Below are positions 38,242-47,949 of a DNA stretch of 64,000 bases, one piece after another (the stretch's first letter is position 1; every line of letters starts with the position of its first letter). The stretch covers positions 576,001 through 640,000 of the forward strand of contig CAXXKM010000001.1 in NCBI GenBank assembly GCA_963664435.2, given 5' to 3'. The stretch comes from Longimicrobiales bacterium (GTDB taxonomy: Bacteria; Gemmatimonadota; Gemmatimonadetes; Longimicrobiales; Gaopeijiaceae). A program made the position numbers and the translations under genes. The notes beneath the pieces were generated by a model. The model was given only the letters and a program-made list of their open reading frames with translations. It made no database searches and was not told the DNA's origin.

Positions 38242-39465
38242 CTACGTGCTCCCGCCCGCCTCGGGTGACACCACGCCGGCCTCGATATGCCGGTCTCCGG
38301 CGACGTAAACGTCGCACCCGAACATCGCGAAGTGGGTGTGATTGGGCGCGATGCGCGACGAGTAGCCGAGCCCGGAATACCCTGCTCCGGCTCCCCCAAG
38401 TCCGTGCCCGAAGTTCATCCCAAGGGAATAGAGCAGGCTTCCCTCCTTGTTGTGGTGGAAGTGGCCGACGTCGCCCGGCCCTCCCAGCTCGGTGTTCTCG
38501 TGCGTCCCCCAGCCGAAGTGGCTTATGCCGAACGCCTCCCGGTCGTTGTAGGAATTCAGAAGCGTTTCGAACTCCTGCGCACGCCTGCCTCCCTCGACGC
38601 GGGTGACATAGCCGCCCTCGAAGTGGAGGGTCACGGCTTCTTCGAGAACCTGGGGATGCAGATCGGTGATGATGTCACCGGGTTGAAGGACCAGTACCCC
38701 TTCCGCGGTGTCCTCGTTCGGGCCGCATGCCACACAGCCGTAGCCGAAGTTGTCCCAGCGGCCGGCCATGTCGGCGATGCCGTACTGGGCGTGACCCGGA
38801 CGGTCCTCCATCGAGCAGCGCCAATCGGAGCCGGCGTCGCTGACCACCCGGAGTTCGCCCCGGGTCTCGTCCAGCAACTGGGCGCCCCGGAGCGTGCGCT
38901 CCCGCCGCTCTGCTGTCGGGAAGTAGCGCTGCTGACGCGGCACGTCGTAGCCGAGCGCCAGCCATCGGGTCTTGTGCCCCGGCCGGTTGATGGCCTCGAA
39001 GTCCGTGCGGTAGGGGTGGTCGCCCACCTTGTTGCCATATGCTGTCGACGCGCCCGGAAGACCGATGTCGTTCCCCAGATTCGAGGTAATCAGCAGGTCA
39101 GCTTCCGCATAGGCGTTCCAGTGCCACGCGCTCAGCGCGCTCTCGTACTGACCGGCGCTGTTGATTCTCGGGAAGACCGAGATGTGGGCCCCGGTCGCCC
39201 CGATCTCGCCCGCTGCCGTGAGTAGTGCCAGCAGGTAGTCGTGGTCGAAGACCATGGGCGTGGCCACTATGAAGAGTTCGCCCTCCCGCAGCAGATTCTG
39301 TTCGAGAATCCTCTTGCAGTGGGCGACAAGGGGCGAGGGTGGCTCCGGGCGTGCGTTCAGGTCATCCGTGGTGGAGACCAGTGGGTCGGCAGACGCGGGA
39401 ATGGCCATTAGCGAGGACCCTGCCCCCGCGGCTCCCACGATCTTGACGAAGTTGCGTCGTTTCAT
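38242..39465 (-). CDS. Tat-exported NicX-like / M29-fold metalloenzyme (HxH variant)
   Basis: MKRRNFVK Tat signal; AGSDW, GRWD, PNEDTAEGVLVL.PGDII, GISHFGWG, YSLG, NHTH resemble recalled 2,5-dihydroxypyridine dioxygenase NicX. Confidence 0.75.
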   Translation of the reverse strand: MKRRNFVKIVGAAGAGSSLMAIPASADPLVSTTDDLNARPEPPSPLVAHCKRILEQNLLREGELFIVATPMVFDHDYLLALLTAAGEIGATGAHISVFPRINSAGQYESALSAWHWNAYAEADLLITSNLGNDIGLPGASTAYGNKVGDHPYRTDFEAINRPGHKTRWLALGYDVPRQQRYFPTAERRERTLRGAQLLDETRGELRVVSDAGSDWRCSMEDRPGHAQYGIADMAGRWDNFGYGCVACGPNEDTAEGVLVLQPGDIITDLHPQVLEEAVTLHFEGGYVTRVEGGRRAQEFETLLNSYNDREAFGISHFGWGTHENTELGGPGDVGHFHHNKEGSLLYSLGMNFGHGLGGAGAGYSGLGYSSRIAPNHTHFAMFGCDVYVAGDRHIEAGVVSPEAGGST

Positions 39466-39534
39466 GCTTACCTCCTGCGGCTGGATGTTTCACTGCTTTC
39501 CAAGCACTGGTCGGACGGTGTATGACCTCCGGGC

Positions 39535-40776
39535 TCAGTTCAACGGAGGCCGACCGGCCTGCAACTCGGCGATCGGTACATAGTCGAAATCGAATCCGAA
39601 GTGGCGCGGACCGATGATGTCGATGCCTGCCGGCGTCAACCACTCATCGTGGCCGCGGACGCCAACCATCGCCACTTCCATTCCAATTGGATATCCACCC
39701 AATCCCCCGCCGGTGATCGCATGCCCGGTTTCGGGATCGAGATTGAAAATATAGTCCGGGGAAATGACATCGAGCTCGCCGTCCAACCACGATACGATGT
39801 TCTCGTTCTTGACGAAGATCTCGTAGGTGTGGCCCTCGAATTCGCCTACCCCGGCGAGCTCCGCGTCCGTCCAGCTGAAGCCGCGGTCGCCGCGCTGGTC
39901 GGACCTGGTGACGATGCCCTGGAAGAGCTTGTACCCGCCGGTCAATTCGATCAGGGCTGCAATCGGGTCGTTCCCCTGCTCGCGGGCCTCGCGCACAGCG
40001 CGACCGAACTCGATGGCCTCGGTGAGGGCCCCCGTGATGGTTCCGCGCTTCACCTCCGCGCCGGTCATGGGGTTCATCGCAATGGACGCGCCCCCGCCGC
40101 TGCTCACGGCCACACCGCGCGCAAGGTCCTCCGCCCGATAGTCGTCCACGCCTTCGATGACCACTTGGTCGCCCCAACGCGTGACCAGGGCGGAAGGGGT
40201 GGAGGGAATGCCGACCAGCCAAGGAATCTGCTGCTGGATCTCCGGGCGAGCCCGCACCGACAGGCAGGCATCGACCAGCGGAGCCCCCATGTCGGAGGCG
40301 AGCATCAGCGCCTGAACGGTCGCGCCCGCGGACTCGAGGCGCAGTACCGCGTTGAATTCCACCCCCATGTGATCGGCAAGAAGCTCGACTGACCTGAGGT
40401 TGGTGCCTTCGACGCGCTCCAGTCCCTGCGCTTCCGTGCGCTCGATCACGTGCTCCCAGGCACCGCCCCCACCGACGCCGGCGGTACCCACCGCCATCCA
40501 GTCGTCGGGAAGATCCTCCGCGGAAACGATCTGGAACTCCGCTCCCTCGGCCATGGCCGCGCTCACGCGCTCGATGTAGTTGGCCGTGCTGCAGCCGCGG
40601 GTAGCCTGGATGCAGGATCCGACCAGCATGTCGATGACTTCCTGCTGGCTGAGCGTGCGCGTCTCGGGCATGTCCCGAGCGGCATCCGTCCCGGGATCCG
40701 CCGGCGCACAGGCGCCGACCATCACAAGCAGCAACACGAGCAGCCAGACGGTTTCTTTGCATGTTGGACGGTTCAT
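39535..40776 (-). CDS. DUF917-family lipoprotein (divergent)
   Basis: Lipobox VGAC; LVDA....RA.PE, LFQG, KNENI, PDYI..LDPETG, GPRHFGFDFDYVP. Confidence 0.75.
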   Translation of the reverse strand: MNRPTCKETVWLLVLLLVMVGACAPADPGTDAARDMPETRTLSQQEVIDMLVGSCIQATRGCSTANYIERVSAAMAEGAEFQIVSAEDLPDDWMAVGTAGVGGGGAWEHVIERTEAQGLERVEGTNLRSVELLADHMGVEFNAVLRLESAGATVQALMLASDMGAPLVDACLSVRARPEIQQQIPWLVGIPSTPSALVTRWGDQVVIEGVDDYRAEDLARGVAVSSGGGASIAMNPMTGAEVKRGTITGALTEAIEFGRAVREAREQGNDPIAALIELTGGYKLFQGIVTRSDQRGDRGFSWTDAELAGVGEFEGHTYEIFVKNENIVSWLDGELDVISPDYIFNLDPETGHAITGGGLGGYPIGMEVAMVGVRGHDEWLTPAGIDIIGPRHFGFDFDYVPIAELQAGRPPLN

Positions 40777-41630
40777 TCGGGCACCCCCCCTGCGAATACC
40801 AGCAACGGCGACGTGACCCGGACGTAGCCGCTCCCCCGGATCTCCTCGGGGCTGGACATGAAATCGGCGAGTTTTCGACGGGCCATGGCGTGATGCTGCT
40901 CCACTTCCTTGCGAGTCATGCCTCCCCGGCCCACCAGGGCCATGGTCGGCTCCGGCAAGCGAGAAGACTCGGTTCTCAACTGGCCCTCGACATCTTCAAG
41001 CGTCCTGCGAGGGTCGCTCATCAGAAAAACCTGGCAGACGGCCTCCGCGGCTATGTCCTTCACGCCGTGGCGCAGCAGGATCTCGGGCACCTTCAAGCCC
41101 ACATGCTGATCCACTCCCCTGCGCTTCCATCCACGAACGAACGCGTTGTTCAGCTTGGCGGACAGGTAGGTGAAGCGCCTGCTGTCCGGATCGCGACACC
41201 TCTGTTCGCCGGCCGGCTCGGCGATGGCGACGACCCCACCCTTGCGCGTGATGCGCAGCATCTCCCGGACCACGGCATCCGCCTCCTTCAGTGAACAGAG
41301 GAGGCTGCTGCATACGACCAGGTCGGCCCCTCCGTCCGGAAGGCGCAGACTACGGGCGTCCCCGACGTCGAACGTGACGTTGGAGACGCGCTCGGCACGG
41401 GCTTCCCGCGCCGCCAAACCCAATACCTCCTTGCTCGTATCGAGCCCCAGCACATGTCCGCGTCCACCGACGAGCCCGGCCATCCGAATGGCCAGCCTGC
41501 CTCTCCCGCAACCGACTTCCACGATCCTGAAGATCCGACTGAAGTCGATCAGCGACTCGAGGACTCTCGCCAACTCCGCGCTCTTGTCGGGTGGAATGCG
41601 CCGTTCCCTGATCATGCCGGAACGGCGCAT
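40773..41630 (-). CDS. Class I SAM-dependent methyltransferase
   Basis: VEVGCGRG motif I, GLD, GDA..L, DLVVC, EMLRI...GG; stop overlaps DUF917 start (ATGA). Confidence 0.85.
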   Translation of the reverse strand: MRRSGMIRERRIPPDKSAELARVLESLIDFSRIFRIVEVGCGRGRLAIRMAGLVGGRGHVLGLDTSKEVLGLAAREARAERVSNVTFDVGDARSLRLPDGGADLVVCSSLLCSLKEADAVVREMLRITRKGGVVAIAEPAGEQRCRDPDSRRFTYLSAKLNNAFVRGWKRRGVDQHVGLKVPEILLRHGVKDIAAEAVCQVFLMSDPRRTLEDVEGQLRTESSRLPEPTMALVGRGGMTRKEVEQHHAMARRKLADFMSSPEEIRGSGYVRVTSPLLVFAGGVPE

Positions 41631-41656
41631 CCCCCCGGTTCCGTGAACCCGGCGGG

Positions 41657-42817
41657 CTAGGCCAGGTCCGCGGGAACTATGGTGTTGTCGCTGTCGACGA
41701 TAAGCTCGTCGTCGAGGTACATCCTCTTGTTCCGGCAGCAGATGTCGATGTGCACGGGGGTGTAGTTGAGCCCGCCCAGGCCCGCATAGCGATCACCCGA
41801 ATCGAACATGTTGCGGCCGATGGAAACCATGACGCTCCCGTACATGCTCTCGGAGTCCATGCCCATGACGTGCCACTGCGCCCTGTGCTCGGTACCCCAG
41901 CCCGCGTGCGCGATACGGAACGGATCGGCCAGGTGGCCGTCGGGATCTACGTAGTCCTCGAACAACTCCAGGCGCTCGCGGATCATGTCGGCGTCGTAAC
42001 CGCCTTCGATGCGCACGAGACGACCCGCTTCCATGGTGATGCGGACTTCGTCCAGGCAGCGGTGCTGCAGCCCGAGGATGACGTCCCCGGGCCTGACGAC
42101 GTAGACGCCTTCCGACTGGTCCTCATGGGGCCCGCAGGCCACCAGACCCGAGGGCCAGTGGTCCCACCGCCCGCGGTCTGCCGAGACGCCGACCTGGCCA
42201 TGACCCTTGCGTCCCGCCTTCTGCAGGGTGAAATCGCTTCCGAATTCGTCGGTCACGCGAATCTCGCTCGCGTTCCACATGCGTTCGGCGCCGGCGTAGG
42301 TCCGGTCGATGACCGCTTGGTCGGGAAACATCCGGCGAAGTGTCTCGACGCTCTGGCCGACCATGAGCGTACGCGTGCCCGCGGCGAGGGCGGCGTTGTG
42401 CGCGTCCGTATACAGGGGGATCTGCCCGTAGACGAGATCGGCCGCCTTGAACGTCTCCTCCAGCAGGTCCGCCGGGGCGATGTCACGGTCGGTGCTCGTT
42501 TGGGCGCTGGACGCGGTGGTCGCCACCAGCGAGAAGGCGTTCGCGCCCAGGCCCTTGGCCGCAGCCAGGGACGCTTCGACGTATTCGGGGTGCTCGAAGC
42601 CCGGAGTCGAGTAGAAGAGGAAGGTCTCTCCTTCCTGCACTGCATTGAGCCTCATGTGGGCCGTGAAGAGGTCGACCAGGTCGGCCGCCTGATCCATGGT
42701 CCGGTCCGTGTCCACCTCCTTAATGCGCACGTTGTCGTTCGCGAGCAAGGCGGTGGGAAGCGCGGTCGCGGCCACAGCCTGGACCGACATTCCTTTGCAG
42801 AAGTCTCTTCGCTTCAT
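41657..42817 (-). CDS. Tat-exported NicX-like / M29-fold metalloenzyme (HxD type)
   Basis: MKRRDFCK Tat signal; GRWDHWPSG, AHAGWG..HRAQW..MGMD, VSIG, TPVHIDI match recalled NicX motifs. Confidence 0.8.
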   Translation of the reverse strand: MKRRDFCKGMSVQAVAATALPTALLANDNVRIKEVDTDRTMDQAADLVDLFTAHMRLNAVQEGETFLFYSTPGFEHPEYVEASLAAAKGLGANAFSLVATTASSAQTSTDRDIAPADLLEETFKAADLVYGQIPLYTDAHNAALAAGTRTLMVGQSVETLRRMFPDQAVIDRTYAGAERMWNASEIRVTDEFGSDFTLQKAGRKGHGQVGVSADRGRWDHWPSGLVACGPHEDQSEGVYVVRPGDVILGLQHRCLDEVRITMEAGRLVRIEGGYDADMIRERLELFEDYVDPDGHLADPFRIAHAGWGTEHRAQWHVMGMDSESMYGSVMVSIGRNMFDSGDRYAGLGGLNYTPVHIDICCRNKRMYLDDELIVDSDNTIVPADLA

Positions 42818-42933
42818 GTCTTGTTCTCCCTTATGCGGGTCTTTGTGCCTGTGCCGTCACAGGCTCTCGATTAATCCAGTGTGTCTATCGGTCTTCCCGT
42901 TTTCCGGTCGGGGGGTTAACGCGCGCTCCCGGT

Positions 42934-44283
42934 TCATCCTCCGGAGTACTGCAGGCCCGGGATGTTGTCGATTTCGCGTTGCGGCAGCGCCCGGCACGTC
43001 TGACTCCCCACCGGCACTCCCTGGGGCACCTCGTCGTGGAACAGGTTGAGGTTGTACTTCTCGAGGTAAAGACGCGTGTCGCCCATTAGCGTCCCCTCCA
43101 GATACAGGCTCCTCCGGCGCTCGTCGATCAGCTTGTCGCGGATCTCATTGGGACCCATGTCCATCGGCGTCCACTGAACCTCGAGGCCGCGGTGCGCCCG
43201 CAGGTCATTGATGATCTCCACAGCGCGGTCGTCATGCATCATGGAGAGTTCCGCCTCCGCAATGATGTACTGCATCTCAACACCGGAGGTGATGATGAGA
43301 GGAGTTGATCCCGATGGCACCTTCATTGGTGCGTACACGTCGAAGAAGTCACCCCGCGGAGGAACTGGGTTGTGCACGGTTGCGGTTCGCGGATCGGGCA
43401 TATCGGTATCGTCGACGGTGAGATCGAGGAATGCGGGTGAGACCGAGTGTTCGCCGAATCCCCAGGTCCTGAACCATATGCGGTTGGTCTGCTCGAACGT
43501 ATTGGTGGAATAGGTTGCATGGAATTCGAAGTCCACGGGCACCTGTTCCGCGTACTGCACAGCCTGGGCGTCGTTACCCAGAAGCCTGTTCACCCGCGCA
43601 AGGCCGGCGATGGCCGCGAGGCGAATCTCCTCCTCCGCTCCCGAAGCTCCCATCGCGGCCTGGAACTGCTCCACCGCCATCTCGTATCCTCTACGCGAAG
43701 AATGGACCGGCCCTTCTCCATAGAGCACGAATTCACAGTAGAAGTTGGCCAGCCATACGAGTTCGAACCCGTTGTAAACCGATACGCGCGCGTATTCCGC
43801 CGAACTCGACGGATTGGAAATCGACTCGAATTCCCCGGCCAGGATGCGCTCTTGGGCGTTGTGCGACGAGGCGATCGCCTGTTGAAGGAATGCATAGTAG
43901 GCAACGCCGGGACCACGCCGGTCCCGTCCGCCACCCGTGAGTCCGCCGGCCTGGCCTCCGCCCCGGTTGATCTGCCGCAGTGATTGCGTGTAGCGAAGCA
44001 GCCCGAGAGCGACCATTCCGCCTGAGAACATGTTGGTCTCGTACATCCACACGTCGTAAGCGAAGTTGAGGTCCACCAGAGCGCCCACCATTGTCTCCGA
44101 CAACTGCGCCGGGTTGAGGCTGGCATCCACGTAATGCGGATCGGGCGCGACTTCGAGCAGACCCTCGCACGCTGGCGTCACCGTGATGGCGGCCGCCATG
44201 GCGAGGAATCGAACGCCGAGTCCCACCTTCTTCCGCCGGACTTTTCCGTCATCGAGATAATTGTTCATAGCCTGGCTCTCCAT
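42934..44283 (-). CDS. RagB/SusD-family lipoprotein
   Basis: Lipobox TPAC; EMQYIIAEA, INDLR, ERRRSLYLEG, LPQRE; follows SusC. Confidence 0.85.
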   Translation of the reverse strand: MESQAMNNYLDDGKVRRKKVGLGVRFLAMAAAITVTPACEGLLEVAPDPHYVDASLNPAQLSETMVGALVDLNFAYDVWMYETNMFSGGMVALGLLRYTQSLRQINRGGGQAGGLTGGGRDRRGPGVAYYAFLQQAIASSHNAQERILAGEFESISNPSSSAEYARVSVYNGFELVWLANFYCEFVLYGEGPVHSSRRGYEMAVEQFQAAMGASGAEEEIRLAAIAGLARVNRLLGNDAQAVQYAEQVPVDFEFHATYSTNTFEQTNRIWFRTWGFGEHSVSPAFLDLTVDDTDMPDPRTATVHNPVPPRGDFFDVYAPMKVPSGSTPLIITSGVEMQYIIAEAELSMMHDDRAVEIINDLRAHRGLEVQWTPMDMGPNEIRDKLIDERRRSLYLEGTLMGDTRLYLEKYNLNLFHDEVPQGVPVGSQTCRALPQREIDNIPGLQYSGG

Positions 44284-44347
44284 ATTTCCAATTCTCCTGG
44301 ATTCACGTCTTCAACGGGGCATCTCATCTTCCCTTGCCTGATTGCCC

Positions 44348-47300
44348 TCAGAAAGCCAATTGAACGCGAGCGAGCCAGCGCCTTACCTGGCCCTCGCCGT
44401 AGAATTCCTCGTTGGCGGGATATGCGGTCCTCCCTCCTGGTGTAATCGTCTCCGGGTCCAGCCCTGTGTAGTTGGTCCAGGTCAACAGGTTCCTGCCGCC
44501 GATCGCGATGGTCGCGGAGGAGGCACTCAGGAATTCTAGGTACCCGGGAGGCACGTCGAAGGACAGCGTCAACTCCCGCCAGCGGATGAAGCTTCCGTCC
44601 TCGACGAAAACGAATGTCCGCCAGCGGCCTCCGTCTACCAGCGATCTCTCCATCCCCGCCTGCTGTGCGGGCGTCATCCTGGACTCGCGGAAAGCGTAGT
44701 GCCAGGTCGCCGCATGGTCGCGGCCGAAGCTCACATGGAAGTTGTCGGAGCTGTTGTTCTTCTTGACATCGCCCTTGCGGTCGATAAGCGACGAGAGCCT
44801 GAGCCGGCCCCCGAAGAAGGAGAGCGTAGTTGAGAGGTTCTCGAAGTCGCCCGCCTGAGGGCTGCCCAAGAATGAGTCGTCGCCATTCAGGTCGCCGGGC
44901 TTCACCACGATGCTCCCGTCCACGATCTGGCCCGACGCGTCACGCTGTGCGCTCTCGATGACGGGCCCATAGTAGGCCCCCGGGGGGAATCCCTCGATGA
45001 AAGCGCCCCGATTCGATCCCAGGAAGAGCGGAGGCGTGTCGCCGAGATCCGTTACGATGGGGTCCTGCGTGGAAAGCCTGAAGTCCACATCCCAGGAGAA
45101 ATCGGGGGTGTTGACCAGCTCGGCCCCCACCGACAACTCGAAGCCCTTGTTCGTCAGTTCGCCGACGTTGACCCACTGCTCACCCCGGAATCCCAGGGAG
45201 GGCGACAGGAAGCGTGTGACGATGGCGTCGGTCGTCCTCTGCTGGAAGTACGTGAGTTTCACCGCTAGTCGGTCCTCCAGGAGGCCTACGTCGACCCCGA
45301 CCTCCATCTCAGACTTCCTCTCGGCGCTCAGTTCCGGATTGCCCGGATAGGCCGCGGAGATGCCGGCCACCTGGTTGCCACCCACTTCCAGGCTCACCGG
45401 AAGCAGCCTCTGAATCGCCGCCGAAGGGGGCGGAGCCTGCGCGGCCGTGCCCCAAGCGAAGCGGAGACGCATGCTGTTGACGGTTTCGTAGTTCCAGAAG
45501 GGCATGTCACTGAGCACCGCGGAGGCGTTGAAGCTGGGAGACCAGATTCCGCCCCGCTCCACGCCGAAGGCACTGTTGTCGTCGAATCGGATTCCGCCGG
45601 TCGCGTACAGATAGTCCCGATAGCCGAAGCGCTGCTGTGCATAGGCGCCCGCCTCGACTCGTTCGATCAGGTTGGAGAAGCCGGTTCTGATCAGCGCCGC
45701 GTCGCAGGCCGTGGCCGTGGGGCTGGCGAAGCCGCCCTCCCCAATGCAGGCCACCAACTCCGTGCGCTGCCCGAAGTACTGCGCACCGACCGTGGTCGTC
45801 GTAGCGAGATCGGGCATCAGGTCCGCAGTCACCGTCGCAGTGTACTCGAGGGTCCTGTTGACGTCGGTGGTGCGCTGATCGCGCAGGTATCCGGCCGAGA
45901 GCACGCCGAAGGGACGACCTTCGTCCAGGGGGAACTCGTTGATGTCCTTCATCTGGGAATGGTCGATACCGGCGATGGCTCGGTTCGTCAGCCAGGACAA
46001 CGGGCTCCAGCGGATCGTCGCGCTTCCTACGAACCGCCCCGTCTGCTGGCCGCCGAACACCGTGTTCAGGTTGTCGAAGTTTGAGACCAGGTTCCCCTGG
46101 CGAAGTTCACAGGTGGACGGGTTGGCTCCGTTCACGAGCGTGCCCAGGCAATCACCGCGGCTGCCGTCCGACCGAACCCCGAAGGAGTTGATGGGCGCTC
46201 CGGCACCTGCGTTCGTGGAGTAGCCGCGGAAGCTGCGCGAGGATTCGGGGAACTGAACGTCCGACTCCAGATAGTTCGTGTTGACCGAAACCTCGAAGGC
46301 CTCGCTCGTCCTCGCGGTAATGTTTGCACGCAGGGAACCCTGCTGGAGGTTATTCGTGGGATAAGGTCCGTCGGCACTGTTCCAGCGGCCGGAGACGAAG
46401 TACTGGATGTCCTGTCCGCCTCCGCTGACGCTCAGCGTCGTGTTCGCGAAGGGTCCCCTGCGGAGCGGACTGGTCAGCGGGTTGGTCATGGAGTTGTTGA
46501 AGCCCCAGACATCCCCGGTCACGTCGTTGGTGATCGCATTCCACTGCTGCGCCACCGGGTCGCTGGCGCTTGTGATGCCCATGTGCTTGGTGAAGTTGTA
46601 CCACTTGTCCCAATACGAGGCGATGTCCTCGACGAAGCCGAATTCCGAGTTGATGGACACGCGGTGGTTGTCCGTTTCGCCCCTTCGGGTCTCGATCAGG
46701 ATCACCCCCGAAGCCGCGCCGGCTCCATACAGAGCCGTTGCCGTGGGCCCCTTAATGACCTGCACGCTGGCGATGTCGGCGGGGTTCAGATCGTCGAGAC
46801 GGGACACCGTCCGGCCTTCCGTCCAGTCGATGGACTCCGGGCCGAGGTCGGTCTGGTTGTTTGTCCGTATGCCGTCGATGATGATGATCGGATTCGCTCC
46901 CTGGGTGAGGCTGGTCACGCCTCTTACGCGGATCCGGGACGCGGTTCCTACGGGACCCGAGCCCATCTGCACATCGACTCCGGCGGCCCGGCCGCTCAGG
47001 AGGTCCGACACGCTGGCGACGGCGGCTCTTTCGACTTCCGCGGCTGCATCGAATCGTTCGATGTCGGTGCCGAACTCCATGCGTCTGGCCGCCACGGCAT
47101 CCACCGAAACGACAATTTCCTCCAGATCGATCGCCACCGAGGCCATCGCGAAGTCTGCGGTCGTCGCCTGGTCGGCGGTGACGGTGATGGACTGTTCGAT
47201 CGCGGAGTATCCGATCTGCTCCGCCCGCAGGACATGCTCTCCCAAGGGCAGGTTCAACAGAAAGCGGCCGTCCTGATTGGTGACGGTTCCGAGCTGACTT

Positions 47301-47473
47301 TCCGGAACGTAGACCTGCACTCCAACCAGGGGCCGCTGCGTGTCCTCATCCGTCACCACGCCGGTCACGATGCCCTGTGCCTGCATGGCTGTAGCCGATG
47401 CAGGCAACAGAAGAAGACCCGCTGCGACGGCGACCAGAGCCGCCCCTTTTCGGCTCACGGCATATCTCGTCAT
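44348..47473 (-). CDS. SusC/RagA-family TonB-dependent receptor
   Basis: GGAGG RBS; LNPADIASVQVIKGPTATALYG, GNPELSAE, NYTGLDPE, terminal F. Confidence 0.92.
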   Translation of the reverse strand: MTRYAVSRKGAALVAVAAGLLLLPASATAMQAQGIVTGVVTDEDTQRPLVGVQVYVPESQLGTVTNQDGRFLLNLPLGEHVLRAEQIGYSAIEQSITVTADQATTADFAMASVAIDLEEIVVSVDAVAARRMEFGTDIERFDAAAEVERAAVASVSDLLSGRAAGVDVQMGSGPVGTASRIRVRGVTSLTQGANPIIIIDGIRTNNQTDLGPESIDWTEGRTVSRLDDLNPADIASVQVIKGPTATALYGAGAASGVILIETRRGETDNHRVSINSEFGFVEDIASYWDKWYNFTKHMGITSASDPVAQQWNAITNDVTGDVWGFNNSMTNPLTSPLRRGPFANTTLSVSGGGQDIQYFVSGRWNSADGPYPTNNLQQGSLRANITARTSEAFEVSVNTNYLESDVQFPESSRSFRGYSTNAGAGAPINSFGVRSDGSRGDCLGTLVNGANPSTCELRQGNLVSNFDNLNTVFGGQQTGRFVGSATIRWSPLSWLTNRAIAGIDHSQMKDINEFPLDEGRPFGVLSAGYLRDQRTTDVNRTLEYTATVTADLMPDLATTTTVGAQYFGQRTELVACIGEGGFASPTATACDAALIRTGFSNLIERVEAGAYAQQRFGYRDYLYATGGIRFDDNSAFGVERGGIWSPSFNASAVLSDMPFWNYETVNSMRLRFAWGTAAQAPPPSAAIQRLLPVSLEVGGNQVAGISAAYPGNPELSAERKSEMEVGVDVGLLEDRLAVKLTYFQQRTTDAIVTRFLSPSLGFRGEQWVNVGELTNKGFELSVGAELVNTPDFSWDVDFRLSTQDPIVTDLGDTPPLFLGSNRGAFIEGFPPGAYYGPVIESAQRDASGQIVDGSIVVKPGDLNGDDSFLGSPQAGDFENLSTTLSFFGGRLRLSSLIDRKGDVKKNNSSDNFHVSFGRDHAATWHYAFRESRMTPAQQAGMERSLVDGGRWRTFVFVEDGSFIRWRELTLSFDVPPGYLEFLSASSATIAIGGRNLLTWTNYTGLDPETITPGGRTAYPANEEFYGEGQVRRWLARVQLAF

Positions 47474-47507
47474 ACCAACCTCCGTTGTACGGGTGGATCG
47501 GGAAACT

Positions 47508-47929
47508 CTACCTACAGAAGACCGCTTCGAAGCCCGGACCAAGTCCTCCGCCTCGACGGGTTGTTACGAGGATGATTCCGCCGAAATGCCCGAGCCGTAG
47601 CGAAGGTTGCTTTCCTGGGTACTCAGGAATTCAATCTCGCCGACGTCCGAGGCGGCGATGGAGCGCAGAAAATCCAGCTCCCCGACATCAACCCCATCCA
47701 TGTACACCCTGGGGTATGCGGGACGCGGATCGCTCACTGAGATCGGACCGCGGGAAATCAGCCAGCCTCGGCGAAGTTGGCGTACGAGGTCATGGGCGTT
47801 GGTGGCGGAGGCGGAAGCGATCTCCGAGGATTGGATGGTGCCCGTACGCCTAGCGCTGCTGCCCGTCTGACGACCGGCACAGGACAACAAACCTGCCAGA
47901 ACCACAAGAACCACCACGCCTCGGAGCAT
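47508..47929 (-). pseudogene. Small lipoprotein with TonB plug-like domain, apparently frameshifted near 47590
   Basis: Lipobox LLSC; VYMDG, LRSI...DVGEIEFL; called ORF stops at 47564 but the expected tail HFGGIILVTTR continues in another frame to a stop at 47508. Confidence 0.6.
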
Positions 47930-47949
47930 GGACGGACCCCCCTTGGTGG

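Noticed and set aside
38242..42817. Canonical nicotinate (nic) degradation cluster
   Set aside because: No nicAB hydroxylase, nicC monooxygenase, nicD, nicF or maleate isomerase recognised, and the NicX-like proteins carry Tat signals
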